The notes under the pieces: generated by a model
Database searches by the model: none
Seen by the model: the letters and a program-made list of their open reading frames with translations, nothing else
Told to the model about the DNA's origin: nothing
Shown: piece by piece, positions 5,642-9,054 of the stretch
Layout of the letters: every line of letters starts with the position of its first letter
Position numbering within the stretch: position 1 is the first letter of the stretch
Translations under genes and position numbers: made by a program
Assembly (NCBI GenBank): GCA_002254395.1
Contig: NJDN01000013.1
Coordinates: 1-9,054 of the forward strand
Direction: 5' to 3'
Length of the DNA stretch: 9,054 nucleotides
Source: Candidatus Pacearchaeota archaeon ex4484_71
GTDB taxonomy: Archaea; Nanobdellota; Nanobdellia; Pacearchaeales; GW2011-AR1

Positions 5642-7035
5642 TTTAAAGCGCTTCCCATGAATTTCTTAATTGCAGGGTTCATATCCTCCATGTGTTGTTT
5701 AGCAATATTTTGGTAGAACTGGAACATAATCATTATCACTAAAAGTATTGCCGTACCTTTCACGAGCGCACCCATTAGGTCTGTGAAAGACGCTAAAAGT
5801 CCAATCGCTGCTCCGCCCATTACTGTAAGAGGCATGATGTATCGGTCAAGTATGCTTTCTAAAACTCTTATGTCTTGTCTAAATCCTGCTACCTGTAATC
5901 CCGAAGAGGCTATTCTCTTCGCCTGAGCCTTTGAATCCATTCCTGATGTTTTAACCCAAAATACCGAGAACAAAGTAGACAGCACAACAAAGAAGAATAT
6001 GTGCGTTATTGCTTGAACAAGGTATCTTGATAGGAAACCCCCTCTTATTATAAGTTCAAGTATGTTCTGAGAATCCAACCAGAATCCCAAACCAGATACT
6101 GCTCTCCCATTTACGAAGTGTCCTAAGAACGTGGCATGTCCTAGCCAGTTTTCGAGCATTCCTCCAAATAATTGAATATTTGCTATAAGTGCGGCAACAA
6201 GTATGACAGGGATAACACTAGAATAGAAAAACGACAATGGCCATTTTACACCGTATCCTCTTATTCTCCCATATGATAATGGAATCTCTACTTTTAAGGA
6301 CTGAGCCCATACTACTGCTAAGAAAATCAAGATTGTCATAACAAGTGCGGCGAACGCGGATACAAATTCTGTTGGATATCTGTTTATTATAGATTGTATC
6401 AACAATAAAACCTTTCCAGAACAAGCAGTATTTCCAAAGTCGACAAGACAATTTTTACCTTGAGCATTTATGAACTGGAATGCACTTGTCATTAATCTCC
6501 AGGAAACCCCTGCACCAATGAATAAACTTACACCTGATCCAAATCCCCATTTTTCAGATAATTCATTCATGTAGTATATCGCAAGTCCACCGAGGACAAG
6601 CTGGAAAATAACAATTCCTTTTAGTCCCGGAGCGGCTTCTAATCCTCTCATTAAAACATAGACTAATGACTCGAAGATTATGAAAAAGAATACGAGTATT
6701 TTCTGTATTCCTTGGAAAAATTTCTTTCCTTCATCAGTGTTTGTGTCAATATTTACAATTCCTGATCCTGTTAAAAGTTGAAGGATAATGGAACCCATAA
6801 CAATTGGTCCAATTCCGAGAGAAATTATGGAACCAAAATCAGTACCTAAAATTATAGCCAAATATTCAAACCTATCAAGGGCGCTTGAAGAAAGGCCAAA
6901 CAATGGAACGTTCGCAAGTATGAAGAATGCCGCCAGAACTATCAATGTCCATTTAAGTTTTACATTGAAACTTAATTTCTTCTCATCAGGACTTTTAACT
7001 TCTGGAATCCATGCGAAAAAGTTTTTCCATTCCAT
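5638..7035 (-). CDS. secY: Protein translocase subunit SecY (Sec61 alpha homologue)
   Basis: 465 aa with about 10 TM segments. The archaeal-type N-terminus is WIPEVKSPDEKKLSFNVKLKWTLIVLAAFFILANVPLFGL. It sits in the canonical position directly downstream of uL15. Confidence 0.95.
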   Translation of the reverse strand: MEWKNFFAWIPEVKSPDEKKLSFNVKLKWTLIVLAAFFILANVPLFGLSSSALDRFEYLAIILGTDFGSIISLGIGPIVMGSIILQLLTGSGIVNIDTNTDEGKKFFQGIQKILVFFFIIFESLVYVLMRGLEAAPGLKGIVIFQLVLGGLAIYYMNELSEKWGFGSGVSLFIGAGVSWRLMTSAFQFINAQGKNCLVDFGNTACSGKVLLLIQSIINRYPTEFVSAFAALVMTILIFLAVVWAQSLKVEIPLSYGRIRGYGVKWPLSFFYSSVIPVILVAALIANIQLFGGMLENWLGHATFLGHFVNGRAVSGLGFWLDSQNILELIIRGGFLSRYLVQAITHIFFFVVLSTLFSVFWVKTSGMDSKAQAKRIASSGLQVAGFRQDIRVLESILDRYIMPLTVMGGAAIGLLASFTDLMGALVKGTAILLVIMIMFQFYQNIAKQHMEDMNPAIKKFMGSALK

Positions 7036-7056
7036 AACTATTTATCGAGAAAGTTG

Positions 7057-7064
7057 TTTTTAAA
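7057..7064 (-). promoter_or_regulatory. TATA-like box upstream of secY (sense TTTAAAAA), inside the uL15-secY spacer
   Basis: Identical octamer and identical 22-nt spacing to the box at 3752..3759, with no SD-like element before ATG 7035. Confidence 0.45.
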
Positions 7065-7080
7065 GCTTATTGGATGAGGA

Positions 7081-7581
7081 TCACTTCTTTCCCTTCTTTT
7101 TTTCATGCTTTGGATTTATTACCAAAGGGGTTTTAATTTCTTTTATTTCTTTAACGATTACTTCTCCGCCTGCTTTTTTTACTTTCTCAATTGCGGATTT
7201 CGACGCCTCAAAACAAGTTATTTTTAACTTTTTATTTACCTCTCCAGATCCAAGAATTTTATACTTCTTGAGCTCCACAATAAAAGAGTCTCCTGATTTT
7301 TTCCCATATTTCTCTATGTTTAGACTTATCTCTCCCACGTTGATTCTTTTTCGAATGTCCCTTTTTGTTCCCATGCTTGTGAAACCCTTTTTACCAAAAT
7401 ATCCGTGCCCGTGGATTTTTTGAATCTTAGTCTTCTTGTGGTCTGCTCTTTTTCCACTTCCAGACATCCCAATTCCCCCTTTATTTCCAGATTTTCTTTT
7501 ATTTTTTCTTGCTCCGCTACCATGAGTCCCCATATTCCTTCCTCTCATTCTTATTGATTTCTTTTTCTTTTTTACTTTCAT
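7081..7581 (-). CDS. rpl15: 50S ribosomal protein uL15 (L15P/L27Ae)
   Basis: 166 aa. The basic, Gly-rich N-terminus (RMRGRNMGTHGSGARKNKRKSGNKGGIGMSGSGKRADHKK) is followed by a YFGKKGF block and KILGSGEV. The ATG overlaps the stop of the upstream gene (TAATG at 7583..7579), and GGAG lies 10 nt upstream. Confidence 0.9.
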   Translation of the reverse strand: MKVKKKKKSIRMRGRNMGTHGSGARKNKRKSGNKGGIGMSGSGKRADHKKTKIQKIHGHGYFGKKGFTSMGTKRDIRKRINVGEISLNIEKYGKKSGDSFIVELKKYKILGSGEVNKKLKITCFEASKSAIEKVKKAGGEVIVKEIKEIKTPLVINPKHEKKKGKK

Positions 7582-7910
7582 TATCTGTTGTCTCCTTCTC
7601 CATGTATTACTTCTCTTTCTTTCCTTGAAGCGAGCTTTTTTATGTTTGTTTGAACGACATCTTCAAAATCAAGGCCCAATTCAGTAGATATTGTAGCGAG
7701 ATACCATAAAACATCTCCTAACTCTTTTTTCATTTCTTCTTTCTTCTGGTCGCTAATTTCTCCATTAAAATCACGCAATATTTTTTTCATCTTTTCTAAA
7801 ACTTCTCCAGCTTCTCCTCCAAGTCCTAGCATAGGATATATAACATTATTGCCTTTGTTTGGATAAACCGCAGTTCCCCATGCTTTTTTTTGATATTCAT
7901 TAAACTCCAT
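7581..7910 (-). CDS. Small all-alpha MazG-family nucleoside triphosphate pyrophosphohydrolase
   Basis: 109 aa. E33-A-G-E36, then 26 residues, then E63-L-G-D66 gives the ExxE-x(12-28)-ExxD metal-binding signature (nt 7713..7814). It also has the DVLWYL helix and the C-terminal NIKKLASRKER..HGEGDNR typical of single-domain MazG/YpjD/phage-type enzymes. Both junctions are 1-nt TAATG overlaps, with uL30 at 7910 and uL15 at 7581. GGAG lies 9 nt upstream of its ATG. Confidence 0.8.
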   Translation of the reverse strand: MEFNEYQKKAWGTAVYPNKGNNVIYPMLGLGGEAGEVLEKMKKILRDFNGEISDQKKEEMKKELGDVLWYLATISTELGLDFEDVVQTNIKKLASRKEREVIHGEGDNR

Positions 7911-8263
7911 TATAACATTCTCCTTATCAAATCATTTATTTTTTCTTTGTTATCTCCTAAAATTCCTTTAGGGAAATGGACTTTTGATTTTATTCCGCCT
8001 CTAGGGGGGTGTAATCTAAAGAACGGTTTTAATTTTCCATCCTTATTCTTTTTTCCTCTCTTTTCTATTAACTCTTTCTTGGTCTCCTCGTCTATTTCTC
8101 CATATGCGGCAAAATTTCTTAATTTAGAAATCATTCCCAAGTTTTCCTTTGTGGGCTCAATTAAAACACAAGTGTATTTCTTTCCAAGTCTAAGTCTTTT
8201 GAATGTCTCTGCGACATCCTTTCTCAGTCCGATTTGTCCCCTTATTCGAATTATTGCTATCAT
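7910..8263 (-). CDS. rpl30: 50S ribosomal protein uL30 (L30P/L7e)
   Basis: Matching blocks: MIAIIRIRGQIGLRKDVAETFKRLRLGKK, GMISKLRNFAAYGEID, FRLHPPRGG and INDLIRRM. I place the start at ATG 8263..8261 (M14 of the track ORF) because it forms an ATGA overlap with the uS5 stop and has GGAG 8 nt upstream. The 13 extra N-terminal residues in the track ORF (start 8302) would overlap uS5 and are not family-like. Confidence 0.85.
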   Translation of the reverse strand: MIAIIRIRGQIGLRKDVAETFKRLRLGKKYTCVLIEPTKENLGMISKLRNFAAYGEIDEETKKELIEKRGKKNKDGKLKPFFRLHPPRGGIKSKVHFPKGILGDNKEKINDLIRRML

Positions 8264-9054
8264 TTTTTCTCTCCGTTTGTTTTCGCTAGCGCATCCATAC
8301 ATGCCTTTATTAAATTGAATGTGGTTCTTTTGTTTCCGAACGTTTTACTATAAACATCTTTTATTCCTGCAAGTCTTAAAACTTTTTTCAATTCCCTTGC
8401 AACAACCAGTCCTGTTCCTTGGGGGGCAGGGATCAAAGTAACTCTAACACTTCCAGACTTTCCGGTAACTTTAAATGGTACTGAATGCGGTTCAGAGCAC
8501 GAACAATCAAAACTAGAACAGTCTCTTGTAACTTTTATAATATTTAATTTTGCTTTTCTAATTGCTTTATCTCTTGCAGGCAGGGTCTCTGTTGCTTTTC
8601 CAACACCAATTCCCACGTGTCCATTCTCATCACCAACGACAGCAAGCGCCGAAAAAGTCAAAACATTACCTTCTTTCGTTTTTCTTTGAGTCTGTCTCCA
8701 AGCTCTTCTTTTTCCTCCACCAAACTTTCCTTTTGCCTGGCCCATCGCTATAAGATCTGATTGAGCATCAATCAAGTTGTCGACAATTTGTTCTTCTAAT
8801 ATCTTTTTGCCTTTATCAAGTATTTCGTCTATGGATTTTATCTTTCCGTCTTTAACATCCCTTCCAAGCTTTGTTTTGGGTTCCCAAACTTCTACAGGTT
8901 CGTCATATCTTCCGCTCTTTTTCTTATCTTCTTTCTCTTCTACTTTCTCGTCTTTATTTATTTTCTCAAAAGCTTTTTTATTTTCCTCGTCTATTTTTTC
9001 GAGAATTTTTTCTTTTTCTTCAGTTTCTTCTTTGATTTCTTCTTTTATCTCTTC
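8260..9054 (-). CDS. rps5: 30S ribosomal protein uS5, 5'-partial (the reading frame is open to the window edge)
   Basis: Core blocks: VGDENGHVGIGVGKA, PHSVPFKVTGKSGSVRVTLIPAPQGTGLV and LAGIKDVYSKTFG. The track start at 8775 is a TTG, not an ATG. The frame continues without a stop or any ATG/GTG/TTG through 9054 and encodes the archaeal/eukaryotic uS5 N-terminal block VEVWEPKTKLGRDVKDGKIKSIDEILDKGKKILEEQIVDNL. That block is preceded by at least 55 residues of K/E-rich sequence. Confidence 0.9.
   Translation of the reverse strand, partial: EEIKEEIKEETEEKEKILEKIDEENKKAFEKINKDEKVEEKEDKKKSGRYDEPVEVWEPKTKLGRDVKDGKIKSIDEILDKGKKILEEQIVDNLIDAQSDLIAMGQAKGKFGGGKRRAWRQTQRKTKEGNVLTFSALAVVGDENGHVGIGVGKATETLPARDKAIRKAKLNIIKVTRDCSSFDCSCSEPHSVPFKVTGKSGSVRVTLIPAPQGTGLVVARELKKVLRLAGIKDVYSKTFGNKRTTFNLIKACMDALAKTNGEKK

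Noticed and set aside
7581-7910. MazG as part of a mazEF-mazG toxin-antitoxin or phage-derived island
   Set aside because: No MazE/MazF-like, integrase or phage genes flank it. The flanks are uL30 and uL15 with overlapping stop/start codons, and the composition matches the neighbours.
8264-8302. Track start for uL30 at 8302 (MYGCASENKRREK...)
   Set aside because: The extra 13 codons overlap the uS5 C-terminus and do not resemble uL30. ATG 8263 gives the family-typical MIAIIRIRG N-terminus, an ATGA overlap with the uS5 stop, and GGAG 8 nt upstream.
7890-8318. 142-aa plus-strand ORF antisense to uL30, and the similar 117-aa plus-strand ORF at 7070..7423 antisense to uL15
   Set aside because: Both lie entirely opposite strongly supported ribosomal protein genes. 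Their Phe/Leu/Ser/Ile-rich translations are the expected mirror image of Lys/Glu-rich coding sequence in an AT-rich genome. Neither has a promoter-like or RBS-like signal or any recognisable motif.
8485-8520. Cys-x4-Cys-x-Cys-x3-His cluster in uS5 (DCSSFDCSCSEPH) as a novel zinc site
   Set aside because: As I recall, other archaeal uS5 proteins carry a comparable Cys-rich loop just before the conserved PHS/T-x-PF block. It is therefore probably lineage-typical rather than new. I cannot verify this without an alignment.
8773-8775. Track start for uS5 at 8775
   Set aside because: The codon is TTG and falls in the middle of the conserved uS5 N-terminal domain (…EEQIVDNL-IDAQSDL…). The frame is open upstream to the window edge, so this is an artefact of the ORF caller.
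8890-9054. Purine-rich, repetitive-looking GAA/AAA DNA as a tandem repeat or CRISPR-like array
   Set aside because: There is no regular repeat-spacer periodicity. It is in-frame low-complexity Lys/Glu coding sequence continuous with uS5.
1-9054. Search for tRNA/rRNA/ncRNA genes, CRISPR arrays, transposases, integrases or long inverted/direct repeats
   Set aside because: Only 229 nt are non-coding, split into five gaps of 36-59 nt filled by promoter-like A/T boxes. I saw no GC-rich structured stretch, cloverleaf-compatible segment or repeated unit longer than the 8-nt TATA motif.

Overview
AT-rich (roughly mid-30s % GC by eye), very gene-dense archaeal chromosomal segment. About 97% is coding, with only five intergenic gaps of 36-59 nt (229 nt in total). 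The standard genetic code applies, since TAA, TAG and TGA are all used as stops. Ten of the eleven genes are on the minus strand. From the right edge leftwards: the tail of the ribosomal 'spc' cluster (uS5 partial, uL30, an inserted MazG-type NTP pyrophosphohydrolase, uL15); a SecY/DUF106 (Oxa1/YidC-like insertase) pair joined by an ATGA overlap; prefoldin alpha with a His-rich tail; a plus-strand eIF-2B-family protein (probable ribose-1,5-bisphosphate isomerase) converging on and overlapping prefoldin; a SpoIIM/DUF95-like membrane protein; and an N-glycosylation pair, AglH-like GlcNAc-1-P transferase followed by AglB/STT3 oligosaccharyltransferase. AglB is missing from the supplied ORF track because it runs off the left edge. 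I found no tRNA, rRNA, CRISPR array, transposase or long repeat. The most unusual item is the MazG gene welded into the ribosomal operon between uL30 and uL15 by TAATG stop/start overlaps on both sides. Other points of interest: SecY coupled directly to the insertase with adk and cmk absent; a strictly phased TATA box about 22 nt upstream of every operon-first ATG (leaderless design) while operon-internal genes carry GGAG sites; a long charged N-terminal extension on uS5; and a DUF95 protein of unknown role next to the glycosylation genes. The gene set is clearly archaeal. A reduced-genome (DPANN-like) origin is my inference from compaction and composition, not something I can prove here. All family calls rest on motif recognition by eye and need HMM or structure confirmation.
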